Assembly (NCBI GenBank): GCA_024280615.1
Contig: JAJRPU010000239.1
Span: 1-32,793 of the forward strand
Length of the DNA stretch: 32,793 bases
DNA from: Bacteroidota bacterium
Lineage (GTDB): Bacteria > Bacteroidota > Bacteroidia > JAADEI01
Reading direction: 5' to 3'
A model generated the notes under the pieces. That model saw only the letters and a program-made list of their open reading frames with translations, did not search any database and had not been told where the DNA came from. Numbering within the stretch: position 1 is the first letter of the stretch; every line of letters begins with the position of its first letter. The position numbers were made by a program, and so were the translations under genes. Below are positions 17,241 to 25,816 of the stretch, one piece after another.

Positions 17241-17972
17241 ATGGAGAATGTTTATTCGTGGCGAGAGTGGTTTGAACGTCCTGAATATTTTTTGCTTTAT
17301 TCACATCGGAATGAACAGGAGGCTCGTCAGATTGTAGAATTGATTTATGCATCAGGGCTATTGCTGGATAACTCTCTTGTCTTAGATGCTGGTTGTGGAT
17401 ATGGACGTCTTTCATACTGGTTTGTCAAGAAAGGATTTAGGGTTGTGGGAGTGGACATTTCCCACAGAATGATAGCAGAAGCTCGGAAACGCGTACCTGA
17501 AGCCTTTTTTTTGAGGCACGACCTTCGCTTCCCATATTGGGACTCTCTTTTTGATTCGGCCACAAGCATATTTTCCAGTTTTGGATATTGGGAAGACGAC
17601 CTGCACAATCTTTCAATGCTAATAAGCATTAACAGGGCTCTTCGGTCAGGAGGGCTGTTCGTCTTAGACTACTTAAATCCCACATTTGTCAAGAAAAACT
17701 TAATCCCAGAAGAAGCAATATCAAAGAACGGAAAAACCTTTCATATCAAAAGATGGATAAAAGACAATATGGTTTATAAGGAAATTTCTTGGATAGAAGA
17801 TGGGAGATTACTAAGGTTCCGGGAGCAGTTGAAATTAATAGAATTTGACGAATTATCCCAAATGCTCAAAACCGCTGGCTTCATACCTATAAAAACCTAC
17901 GGAGACTATTTGGGAAACGCTTTTGAACCAAAACTATCAGAAAGAACCATTATTTTTTGTATAAAATATTAA
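17241..17972 (+). CDS. Class I SAM-dependent methyltransferase
   Basis: 243 aa with motif I VLDAGCGYGRLS, followed by VVGVDIS and the post-motifs of the Methyltransf_11/25 type. Substrate unknown. Confidence 0.8.
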   Translation: MENVYSWREWFERPEYFLLYSHRNEQEARQIVELIYASGLLLDNSLVLDAGCGYGRLSYWFVKKGFRVVGVDISHRMIAEARKRVPEAFFLRHDLRFPYWDSLFDSATSIFSSFGYWEDDLHNLSMLISINRALRSGGLFVLDYLNPTFVKKNLIPEEAISKNGKTFHIKRWIKDNMVYKEISWIEDGRLLRFREQLKLIEFDELSQMLKTAGFIPIKTYGDYLGNAFEPKLSERTIIFCIKY

Positions 17973-18835
17973 CAGACCTGTTTTTCAACGAACCGAATAA
18001 CCCGCCATGCCTCTTGAACATTACCTTGTTCTATTAAGTCTGCAATATATTTCTGGACCTCTTCTTTTGCATTGTTTGCTTGCAAGATTGTCTCTACCAC
18101 TTCTTTAGTTACCGGTTCTTCACTCGGGGGCTCCGGTTCCATGCCTAATAGTGCCTTGTGATTCAATGTGAGAATCTTGCTATCTCGGATAAATCTTGGC
18201 AATGCATCTATTCCAATACCCTGTCCAGACGGAACAGGAACTTCCAAAAGGTTATTATCATCTATTGTAGCGTACCAAAGCCTGCCCAATCGGGCAACTG
18301 GCTTAATCCGACGTGGGTCAGGTCTCTTACCCTTAAATAGCATATCTTCCCTAATGTGCCATACAACAACTTTACCAATTACCATAAAATTCCGATCAGA
18401 CAATTGTTTCACTTCCAATAATTCGCATTCAATATGAATAGGGCTTTCTTTAACCCTTGGAGTCTTGAGTTTCTCAGATGGAATCAAGGTTAATCCTGCT
18501 TTTTCCACTTCGCTAACGCCATAAGGAAAAGGCTGAGAAGTCAAAGCCATTGGATACAAAAGTTCTTCCGAGACCACATTAACCACAAATTCCTTCGTTC
18601 TCTCAATGTTAAGCAATGTGTCCTTTTGAGAACCGTCAGGTTTGAGTGCTATTCCCACTGCCACTATCGGAGGATGCGAACTGAAAGCATTGAAGAAACT
18701 GAAAGGAGCGAGATTGACGGAACCATCTTCGTTAAGTGTTGTTATCCACGCTATTGGTCTGGGCACTACAGACCCTATGTTCCACTGATGCCTGTCCACC
18801 GGATTCTCTTGCTCGGGAAATATGGTCCGCCACAT
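17969..18835 (-). CDS. Flavin reductase-like FMN-binding domain protein with a C-terminal extension
   Basis: 288 aa. PRPIAWITTLNEDGSVNLAPFSFFNAFSSHPPIV is typical of the flavin reductase (Flavin_Reduct) fold. There is an extra ~85-aa helical C-terminus. Confidence 0.75.
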   Translation of the reverse strand: MWRTIFPEQENPVDRHQWNIGSVVPRPIAWITTLNEDGSVNLAPFSFFNAFSSHPPIVAVGIALKPDGSQKDTLLNIERTKEFVVNVVSEELLYPMALTSQPFPYGVSEVEKAGLTLIPSEKLKTPRVKESPIHIECELLEVKQLSDRNFMVIGKVVVWHIREDMLFKGKRPDPRRIKPVARLGRLWYATIDDNNLLEVPVPSGQGIGIDALPRFIRDSKILTLNHKALLGMEPEPPSEEPVTKEVVETILQANNAKEEVQKYIADLIEQGNVQEAWRVIRFVEKQVC

Positions 18836-18837
18836 GT

Positions 18838-19791
18838 TCAGTCCAATTTCCTGACTATATTTCTAAGCCTGCCTATGTTTTCAACTTCAAGGATTATCTC
18901 ATCGTCTGGTTGTAGCCACTTATCGTATAACTCTTCTTGCTTCAGTTCAACGAGGCAACCCAATCCCACTGTGCCCGACCCAAACACTTCACCGGGATAT
19001 AGCGTTACGCCCTGTGAGGCACGGGCAAGCACCTCACCAAAGGTCCAAGTCTGATTCCTGAACGTCCCTTCACTTACTTTATTCCCATTGATGAATATTC
19101 GGAAGTTTAGATTAAAAACTTTTCCTATGTGTCCTGGTTCTAATGTGTCAATCAAATAAGGCTTAAACTCATCTATAGTAACAAGGATTGGACCCATTGA
19201 CGATGCGAATTCCTTGCCATGATGAGGTCCCATATTCATTTTCATTTCTTGACGCTGGATATGCCTTGCCGTGAAGTCATTCCATATAGTTACGCCAAAG
19301 ACAACATCAGTAAAGTCAGTTGGTTGTAAATCCCGACATTCCCTGCCTATGACAATAGCCAGTTCCAGTTCAAAGTCCAGTTCGTCCCAGAATGGAGATG
19401 CAATGTGAAGGTCGCCGGGACCCGAGACAGTAAGCGGATTGCTGTAATAATAAACAGGAAACATATCGTATTCTGGGGGGACACCCTGTCCTCTGGAAGC
19501 TCTGGCTCTTCGCACATGTTCCCTGAATGTGTAGGCATCTCTAAGAGTCAACGGTTTGAGCGGAGGAAGAATCTTGAGTCCCTGAATGATGGGAATGCCT
19601 TTCTTATATAACTTTCCCGATTTAAGATTAGCAAATTGCTCTCTTAAAATTGCTTGACTATCTGGATTTAAAACAATATCAATTAGTCTGGAAGGCAACT
19701 GAGGATGAAGGTCCGTGAAAGGAATTGCTTCTGCACCCCATAATAAACCACTGACTTCCTCACCACTATCTTCCCAAGTCAAAAGCCTCAT
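18838..19791 (-). CDS. Fumarylacetoacetate hydrolase (FAH) family protein
   Basis: It has an FAH-like C-terminal catalytic region (ELELAIVIG..., HHGKEF, GEVFGSGTVG). The first ATG is at 19791 (MRLLTWEDS). The ORF-track start at 19803 is TTG. There is a 2-nt gap to the downstream flavin reductase gene. Confidence 0.75.
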   Translation of the reverse strand: MRLLTWEDSGEEVSGLLWGAEAIPFTDLHPQLPSRLIDIVLNPDSQAILREQFANLKSGKLYKKGIPIIQGLKILPPLKPLTLRDAYTFREHVRRARASRGQGVPPEYDMFPVYYYSNPLTVSGPGDLHIASPFWDELDFELELAIVIGRECRDLQPTDFTDVVFGVTIWNDFTARHIQRQEMKMNMGPHHGKEFASSMGPILVTIDEFKPYLIDTLEPGHIGKVFNLNFRIFINGNKVSEGTFRNQTWTFGEVLARASQGVTLYPGEVFGSGTVGLGCLVELKQEELYDKWLQPDDEIILEVENIGRLRNIVRKLD

Positions 19792-19857
19792 AGAAACACA
19801 CAATTGCTTACGTTAAACAAACAACACCGATGAACTAAGATTCAGAACAGTTTAATC

Positions 19858-20256
19858 TCACTTACACTCAACCATCTTAGCCATAGCCTGATAGAGGGCT
19901 TGTTTCTCTTGCGGTTCTTGCACTGTTTCATATATTTTATCTAACTCTTCTTGTAATTCTTTCAAGCGAGGATAAATTTTTTCCTTTTCCTCAGATGAAG
20001 TATTGTCATCTGAGTACTTACACCATAATTGATTATACTCTTTAACCAAGTTATTCCATTCATAATTTTCAGGGTTAAGTTCTGTCTGTTGGTCACCCAT
20101 TATTTCTTGTCTTTCCTGAGGTTGACTTTGCTCAACTGTCTCTGTTGGGGTTTGTTTCTGTTCGGACCCAACCTGTTCCTCCGTTGATTCCGACTTGCAA
20201 CCTCCAATGACCAGACCAACAACAATAACAATCGCGAACAGTCTTTTCATAAGCAT
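19858..20256 (-). CDS. Hypothetical small lipoprotein (E/Q-rich)
   Basis: 132 aa. MLMKRLFAIVIVVGLVIGGC has a lipobox (IGGC). The mature part is acidic and Gln-rich with two further Cys. No family recognised. Confidence 0.6.
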   Translation of the reverse strand: MLMKRLFAIVIVVGLVIGGCKSESTEEQVGSEQKQTPTETVEQSQPQERQEIMGDQQTELNPENYEWNNLVKEYNQLWCKYSDDNTSSEEKEKIYPRLKELQEELDKIYETVQEPQEKQALYQAMAKMVECK

Positions 20257-20287
20257 TTTTTTGTCAAAGATAAAACAACTTTTCTTT

Positions 20288-20617
20288 TCAAAGCGACTTA
20301 ATTATCTCTTTAAGATTCAAAAAAAACTCCTCAATTTCACCAAGTTTGTCATACATCTCAATGAGTTTCTTTCGTTGTCTGTCTTTTCCTGTTAACATAA
20401 GGTTCACTTGTTTGAGCGGAACCTTCAATTCTTCAACCAATCGCTTGACTTCTTTGAATTTTTGCACTTGTTCATAAGTGTATAGTCTGTGTCCGCCCCG
20501 GGTCCGACGTGCCTTTAAAAAAGAAAGATGCTTCTCCCAATACCTGATTCTGGTTATGGAGACACCGATGAGGGACGCCACCTCACCAATCCTGAAATAT
20601 CTTTTTTTATCACTCAT
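20288..20617 (-). CDS. Short MerR-family transcriptional regulator (HTH plus coiled coil, no obvious effector domain)
   Basis: 109 aa. YFRIGEVASLIGVSITRIRYWEKHLSFLKARRTRGGHRLYTYEQV is a MerR-type wHTH. Its ATG overlaps the purM stop by 8 nt (TATTATGAGTGA). Confidence 0.85.
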   Translation of the reverse strand: MSDKKRYFRIGEVASLIGVSITRIRYWEKHLSFLKARRTRGGHRLYTYEQVQKFKEVKRLVEELKVPLKQVNLMLTGKDRQRKKLIEMYDKLGEIEEFFLNLKEIIKSL

Positions 20618-21773
20618 AATAAAGCCAATTGTTATCTGGACTTCTAATGATTACGCGTGGTTGCTTGTCAGTAGCCACATAGCCCACCACCCGTGCTGAT
20701 ATATCAAATTCCGATGCCATTTCAATTATCTTCTGTGCTGTATCGCCATCAGTGTATATCTCAAGACGCCATCCCATATTAAACACTTGATACATCTCTT
20801 TCCAAGATATACTGCCAGTTTCCTGAATCAACCTGAAGACAATGGGAGGAGCAAAAGGACTATCTTTAACCACCTTCAACGGCTTATTCTTAATAAAATT
20901 TAACACTTTGGTCTGTCCACCGCCCGTGCAGTGAATAACCGCATTAATTTTTTTACGAAATTTTTGCAACACTTGAACCATAAGGGGCAGATAGGTTCTT
21001 GTCGGAGAAAGGAGAACATCAGCGACAGTCAAGTCACAACTAACTTTTGAGCCAAGGTAATAAGGTCCCTGATAAACGAGACTGAATGGCAATGTGTCAT
21101 CAACCGTCTCGGGATATTTTTCTGCGTATTGCTTATTGAGAAGTGTGTGCCTAGCAAGGGTTATACCATTGGCACCAATGCCACTGTTATATGAGGTTTC
21201 GTAAGCGGTCATTCCGAAAGATGCCAGTCCCACAATGACGTTCCCTTCCCGTGGCCGGGTCGGAATAACTTCTTCCTTAGAGACTTCTGAATACACTGAA
21301 AACCCAACATCTATTGTTCTTATAAGGTCGCCCACATCGGCAGTCTCACCACCTAAATGCCTGATTTCAATACCATACTCCTTCATTTGGTTAATAAAGT
21401 TCATTGTGCCTTCAATAAGTGCTTCAAGCACCGACCCAGAAATCCGATGTTTGTTCCTTGCGATGTTGTTAACAATAGCGAACTTTGTTGAAAAGCCATT
21501 ACATAGGAGGTCATCTGTGTTCATAACAAGTGCGTCTACTGAGATGGATTGCCAGACGTTCAAGTTGCCTGTTTCCCTCCACATCAGATAAGCCAATATG
21601 GGTTTTGTGCCTGCCGTGTCCGTATGCAAGGACATATATGCATCTGGATTGCTAAAGTGCTTAGCAACACGCACAAAAGACCCCTCTATTTCTGACGGCG
21701 GTATTTGCGTTATCGCCTTATGAACCTCTTCTTTAGTTGCCGACACTCCAAGCTGATTATATCTCTCGCTCAT
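20610..21773 (-). CDS. purM: AIR synthase-related protein, likely phosphoribosylformylglycinamidine cyclo-ligase (long Bacteroidota-type PurM)
   Basis: 387 aa. The N-terminus MSERYNQLGVSATKEEVHKAI and the HTDTAGTKP motif (equivalent of DGVGTK) resemble the PurM/AIR-synthase fold as annotated in Bacteroidota. Confidence 0.7.
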   Translation of the reverse strand: MSERYNQLGVSATKEEVHKAITQIPPSEIEGSFVRVAKHFSNPDAYMSLHTDTAGTKPILAYLMWRETGNLNVWQSISVDALVMNTDDLLCNGFSTKFAIVNNIARNKHRISGSVLEALIEGTMNFINQMKEYGIEIRHLGGETADVGDLIRTIDVGFSVYSEVSKEEVIPTRPREGNVIVGLASFGMTAYETSYNSGIGANGITLARHTLLNKQYAEKYPETVDDTLPFSLVYQGPYYLGSKVSCDLTVADVLLSPTRTYLPLMVQVLQKFRKKINAVIHCTGGGQTKVLNFIKNKPLKVVKDSPFAPPIVFRLIQETGSISWKEMYQVFNMGWRLEIYTDGDTAQKIIEMASEFDISARVVGYVATDKQPRVIIRSPDNNWLYYE

Positions 21774-21896
21774 AGCACAGGCTAAATTAAGCCTCTTGAA
21801 ACTTTATTCGCTGTAAATTATAGAAAACTTATCTACTTAAATAGGGCGATGAATTATTTATGCATCATATTAAAGATAGAAGCCCGTGCAGATACT

Positions 21897-22535
21897 TCAT
21901 TTTCTTTCACGCCTTGATTTACTCTTAATTTTGACATTCTTAAATTCTTTACGCTTCTTAATTGCCTTCCTCATCTTTTCAAGTGCATATCTCATTCTTC
22001 CAAGTGTTGTGTTTATATTAACTCCTGTTTTTTCGGCTATTTCTCTGAATGTAAGCCCTTCATAAATTTTCATTTCAACGACTTTTCGCTGCTCCTCGGG
22101 CAATTGACTAAGTAACTCCTGTATTAACTCTCTCGTTTCTTTTTCCTCAATATATAGGTCTGCTCTGCCCTCATTTGTAGCAAAGAAAGCATCCCTGTTG
22201 TCCTCTTCTGTCCAAGCGGGCATTGGACCCACTCCTCTGACTTTTTTCCTGCGATAGTGGTCTATATACATATTCCTGGCAACCTGACATAACCACTGGA
22301 AGAATCTTCCTCTTTCTTGATATTGCCCTTTCATTATCTTGTTGCGGGCTTTAATAAAAGTGTCTTGGGTCATGTCTTCGGCAAGCATCTCATCATTGAT
22401 GAAAGACTTCATGTAGGCAAGCAGTGGCTCATAGTAATGTTCGTAGAGTGTTGCGAATGCTTCGTTGTCTCCGTGGGCTACGCGCTGTACGAGAGCCATC
22501 ACCTCCTCTTTACTTAATCTATCCTTCCTCATCAT
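21897..22535 (-). CDS. Sigma-70 family (ECF-like) RNA polymerase sigma factor with a basic C-terminal tail
   Basis: 212 aa. Region 2 reads FATLYEHYYEPLLAYM...DMTQDTFIKA...YIDHYRR. Region 4 reads LPEEQRKVVEMKIYEGLTFREIAEKTGVNINTTLGRMRYALEKMRK. The tail is KKRKEFKNVKIKSKSRRERK. Confidence 0.85.
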   Translation of the reverse strand: MMRKDRLSKEEVMALVQRVAHGDNEAFATLYEHYYEPLLAYMKSFINDEMLAEDMTQDTFIKARNKIMKGQYQERGRFFQWLCQVARNMYIDHYRRKKVRGVGPMPAWTEEDNRDAFFATNEGRADLYIEEKETRELIQELLSQLPEEQRKVVEMKIYEGLTFREIAEKTGVNINTTLGRMRYALEKMRKAIKKRKEFKNVKIKSKSRRERK

Positions 22536-22582
22536 TCCAAAATTTCAAGCGTGATGGCTCCCTCTTATAGGCACTTGATTTT

Positions 22583-22612
22583 CAAAGTTAAAGTTACAAA
22601 TTTTGTTCCAAA
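22583..22612 (-). promoter_or_regulatory. Putative Bacteroidota-type promoter (-33 TTTG, 18-nt spacer, -7 TAACTTTG) for the sigma-factor gene
   Basis: The minus strand reads TTTG (22612..22609), then 18 nt, then TAACTTTG (22590..22583), which is exact TAnnTTTG. It lies ~48 nt upstream of the ATG at 22535. Confidence 0.45.
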
Positions 22613-22626
22613 GTGGCAAATGCCAC
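22613..22626. promoter_or_regulatory. Perfect 6-2-6 palindrome GTGGCAAATGCCAC abutting the -33 element (operator or weak terminator stem)
   Basis: GTGGCA-AA-TGCCAC is read directly from the sequence. It lies between the stop of the kinase gene (22663) and the predicted sigma promoter. Confidence 0.3.
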
Positions 22627-22662
22627 ACACTATAATTAAACGACAAAACTCCAATAAGGGTT

Positions 22663-23496
22663 TCACAATCTCTTAAAAAGCACGAATTTAGTGGATTTCC
22701 ACGCAACGAGAGGGAAAGATAATTGAACTGGTTCGCCGTCTATGTGTCCGAACTCACTGCCCACATTTAAAACAACCCTATCTGTTCTGATGCTTTTCCA
22801 TAATTGGGATTTATGGTGGCGTTTCGCAAGTAATAACAAAAAATGATAAGGGATAGTGAAAAAGGAAGGTTTCTTGAGCGATACGAGGAAGGTGTCGTTA
22901 GAACAACCATTGGCATTAGGGTGTATAACCACAGAGTTGCCCCATTCCCCTCCCCTGACGAAACTGACGTCCCAAGCCCGTTCCACTCTGCCATTTATCT
23001 CATATTCATGTTCAGGAAAATTAATTGTTTTGAGAAATGCTTTGATATATCCGTCCAGTCCACGGTGTGTGGTAGCGAACTTATGTGCTACGAACCCTGT
23101 GAACCCACTTCCCAGAATGTTAAACCCTTTTATGTCTTGATTTGTCTCAATCAGATGCCATTTGCATAGGTTTCCCTCTTTCACTGCCCGAATGGAATCT
23201 CCAAAGTTTCTGATTCCCAATTGATGGGCAATCCCGTTTCCGCTACCCACTGGGACTGGAATTACTGGGCAGGTGAGCAATTCAGTGTGATAAGCAAAGG
23301 AATTTATTGTTCCGTCTCCGCCAACTATCATCAGAACAGCTGGGTCAAGGCAAGATATTTCTTTAAGAATGGATTGCATAGCATCTCTGTGTGTGCTTTT
23401 CCAGAATCGGGCATCTGGAAACTGTCGCTTCAGTTTTTCAACTATTTCATAAGCTCTTCCTTTACCTGCATGTGGATTCCAGATTACGTGTAGCAT
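22663..23496 (-). CDS. Diacylglycerol/lipid kinase family protein (DAGK_cat; YegS/BmrU/DgkB-like)
   Basis: It has VIWNPHAGKGRA and MIVGGDGTINS motifs. The first ATG is at 23496 and the ORF-track start at 23511 is TTG. It overlaps the 3' end of the upstream LtaS-family gene by at least 35 nt. Confidence 0.75.
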   Translation of the reverse strand: MLHVIWNPHAGKGRAYEIVEKLKRQFPDARFWKSTHRDAMQSILKEISCLDPAVLMIVGGDGTINSFAYHTELLTCPVIPVPVGSGNGIAHQLGIRNFGDSIRAVKEGNLCKWHLIETNQDIKGFNILGSGFTGFVAHKFATTHRGLDGYIKAFLKTINFPEHEYEINGRVERAWDVSFVRGGEWGNSVVIHPNANGCSNDTFLVSLKKPSFFTIPYHFLLLLAKRHHKSQLWKSIRTDRVVLNVGSEFGHIDGEPVQLSFPLVAWKSTKFVLFKRL

Positions 23497-25318
23497 CAAT
23501 GGGGTTTTCAAGATAGTTTTTCAAGAAATGCAAAGTGGCTTTAAATTGGCAAATTTCTTGTTCAGGACACGGTATTTCTTCGCCAATTGTTAAGGTCTCT
23601 AAGGAAATTTTATTGCACATAAACTTTTTGTTGTCGTAAGAAATTAAGATTGAATCGGCTATCCATTGCCACAACGGTTCATAATAGGTTATAGCAAACC
23701 GGGAACGAGCGGTATCAAATAGGGAAATTCCAATGGAAAAGACTGTGTCTGGGACGCCTGCAAGGTCAAGAACAGTTGGAAACAGGTCAATTTGCTGTAT
23801 TATTCTTGTTGAATCAACTCCTTTAAGATACGTGTTAACAAGGATTAGATTTCCTGCGAATACACCCAATCTATTGGCGAATTTCTGGTTGTGAGGTGGT
23901 GCTGGGTGGTCGCAAGTGATTATGATTATCGAATTATCAAGAAGCCCCAATGTTTCCAGTTCTTTAAAAAACTGCTTAACGGAATAATCTGCGTACTTAA
24001 AAGACCGTAGGATTTCATCAGGTTCGTTTAGTTTGCCGACCAATGAGTCTGGAATTTTATATGGTGGGTGGGATGAAAGGGTTAGAATCGTAGTAAAGAA
24101 GGGCTTGGGCAATGTGTCCAATACCTGTGCTACCCATTTGAGATAAAGATGGTCATAGATTCCCCATACGCCGTCAAAATGTGATTGGTCTGGATAGTCT
24201 TCCATAGAATAATATCTATCAAATCCGACGAGAGTTGAGTATTGATAAATTCCCATTGTTCCGAGGAAACTACCAAGGAAGAAGTATGTCTTATAGCCAT
24301 ATTTTTCAAGGATTTGAGGCAATGCGATATGGTAAGGCGACACGTAGTTGGAATAAATGTATGTTCCCCGCATAAGAGCAGGCATTCCAGAAACTATTGC
24401 TACGACGCCATCCATTGTCCTGCGTGCGTTGGCAAAATAGTTAAGGAATGAGGCATTGTGCAGAGCAAGAGAATCAAGGAAAGGTGTCATAGAAGGTCGG
24501 TTTGCAAGATGGCTTCCCATGATAGAGAACTCTCTGGAATATCCTTCAATGACGAGGACTATAATGTTTGGATGATTTGTGCGTTGGCTATCAGTTAATA
24601 GGGGTGTTCTGAGTGGCTTAAAGCAGTGGCAAGCCAATGAATCGGTTATGTCAACATTCCATTCGGCAGGTGTTCCTTCAAAAGACTTAACAAAGGAAAA
24701 AACTCCATTGATGACTAATGGTGCACAGGTGGGCTTGACGAACTCCCCCGCGTCAGTAATGTGAATGGGTTTTAATTGAAGCCCTCCCCTAATGCCTATG
24801 ATAATAAGTGGTGTTACAACTATCATTACAACTAAGCGATGGATGAGTCCTAAATTCGTTGTAAACATTTTTAATTTACTGAGAGTCCAACACGAGCCAA
24901 CCCACAGGGATAAACCGAAGAATAGCCAATGCCAGTATGTTTTAATGTAGTCAATCAATTGCAGTTCAAAGCCTTCTGCTTGCATCAGAATTACTTCATA
25001 GCCCAGATGACGTTGCTGAAAAGGGAAATATAACCAATCGGCTATCATAGTGGTGATATAGATGAATAACAGGAAGCACACTGCCCTCTTGAATATATTT
25101 CTCCATAGCAGAACCCACAGTATAGTAACAGGAACCAAGAACATAGAGGCGGTTGAAACGTCAAAGATTATTCCGCCTAATAGGTCGTTAATTCCACAAT
25201 CTCTAAATTCAGCACTATAAACAAAGAGGAAAATGCCTCTGATAAAAAGGCTTATTACAAGTGCTGTTAACCAGAACGCGAACAAGATTCTGATTCCAAT
25301 AAGTGCTTTCCTGAGCAT
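23462..25318 (-). CDS. LTA synthase-family / sulfatase-like phosphoglycerol (or phosphoethanolamine) transferase
   Basis: 618 aa with ~5 N-terminal TM helices followed by an alkaline-phosphatase-superfamily domain (VLVIEGYSREF, ANARRTMDGV, IIITCDHPAP). Its ATG directly abuts the purE stop. Confidence 0.75.
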   Translation of the reverse strand: MLRKALIGIRILFAFWLTALVISLFIRGIFLFVYSAEFRDCGINDLLGGIIFDVSTASMFLVPVTILWVLLWRNIFKRAVCFLLFIYITTMIADWLYFPFQQRHLGYEVILMQAEGFELQLIDYIKTYWHWLFFGLSLWVGSCWTLSKLKMFTTNLGLIHRLVVMIVVTPLIIIGIRGGLQLKPIHITDAGEFVKPTCAPLVINGVFSFVKSFEGTPAEWNVDITDSLACHCFKPLRTPLLTDSQRTNHPNIIVLVIEGYSREFSIMGSHLANRPSMTPFLDSLALHNASFLNYFANARRTMDGVVAIVSGMPALMRGTYIYSNYVSPYHIALPQILEKYGYKTYFFLGSFLGTMGIYQYSTLVGFDRYYSMEDYPDQSHFDGVWGIYDHLYLKWVAQVLDTLPKPFFTTILTLSSHPPYKIPDSLVGKLNEPDEILRSFKYADYSVKQFFKELETLGLLDNSIIIITCDHPAPPHNQKFANRLGVFAGNLILVNTYLKGVDSTRIIQQIDLFPTVLDLAGVPDTVFSIGISLFDTARSRFAITYYEPLWQWIADSILISYDNKKFMCNKISLETLTIGEEIPCPEQEICQFKATLHFLKNYLENPIDATRNLESTCR

Positions 25319-25816
25319 TTAACTGCCACGAATCTCTTTGAGGCGAATTGCTTTTTGCCTGACCAGTTCTTTTAATTCTTGTTGATAAGTAGTCATTTTA
25401 TCAAGCAATTCAGGATATTTGACGGCAAGTATTCTCACTGCGAGCAGTCCGGCATTTGCAGCATTGTTTATCGCTACTGTTGCCACGGGCACTCCCTTGG
25501 GCATTTGAACAATTGAAAAGAGGGCATCCAATCCCTGCAATGGCGTAATGTTAACAGGCACTCCAATTACTGGCAATGGTGTTATAGATGCAACCATTCC
25601 GGGCAGGTGGGCTGCTCCCCCCGCTCCTGCTATGATAACTTCAATTCCCTTAGTGTGGGCAGTTCGTGCAAATTCAAACATTTTGTCTGGAGTTCTGTGT
25701 GCGGATACAATGTCCACAATCACTTCAACTCCAAATTTTCCAAGCACTTCTTCTGCCCCTTTCATCACAGGATAATCCGAATCGCTACCCATAATTATTG
25801 CTACACGTCCTGCCAT
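25319..25816 (-). CDS. purE: 5-(carboxyamino)imidazole ribonucleotide mutase PurE
   Basis: 165 aa. [15 protein letters not shown]...VSAHRTP...[16 protein letters not shown] are classic PurE motifs. Confidence 0.92.
   Translation of the reverse strand: MAGRVAIIMGSDSDYPVMKGAEEVLGKFGVEVIVDIVSAHRTPDKMFEFARTAHTKGIEVIIAGAGGAAHLPGMVASITPLPVIGVPVNITPLQGLDALFSIVQMPKGVPVATVAINNAANAGLLAVRILAVKYPELLDKMTTYQQELKELVRQKAIRLKEIRGS

Noticed and set aside
17507-17514. Homopolymer tracts as phase-variation switches. These are T8 in the methyltransferase, A8 at ~20318-20325 in the merR-like gene and T7 (plus strand; A7 in the gene) at ~20602-20608 at its 5' end.
   Set aside because: The T8 and A8 tracts simply encode Phe-Phe-Leu (TTTTTTTTG) and the T7 tract encodes Lys-Lys. 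They are short for slippage-based switches in an AT-rich genome, and no associated surface or restriction genes suggest phase variation.
16986-17972. The Cys-rich peptide plus the adjacent SAM methyltransferase as a RiPP precursor and tailoring pair.
   Set aside because: The peptide has a Sec/lipoprotein signal rather than a leader peptide. There is no radical-SAM enzyme, cyclodehydratase, lanthionine synthetase, peptidase-ABC exporter or other maturation gene nearby.
21775-21889. A long-range inverted repeat GCACAGGCT...AGCCCGTGC bracketing the sigma/purM intergenic region, considered as a possible riboswitch or structured leader for purM.
   Set aside because: Only 8 of 9 positions match. 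My rough estimate is about one such match by chance in a 123-nt spacer. There are no ZTP or purine-riboswitch core motifs, and the interior is AT-rich with no convincing nested helices.
22613-22626. GTGGCA..TGCCAC read as a sigma-54 (-24 TGGCAC / -12 TTGC) promoter.
   Set aside because: The GG and GC elements are only a few nt apart instead of the required ~10-nt phasing. The sequence is better described as a simple palindrome.
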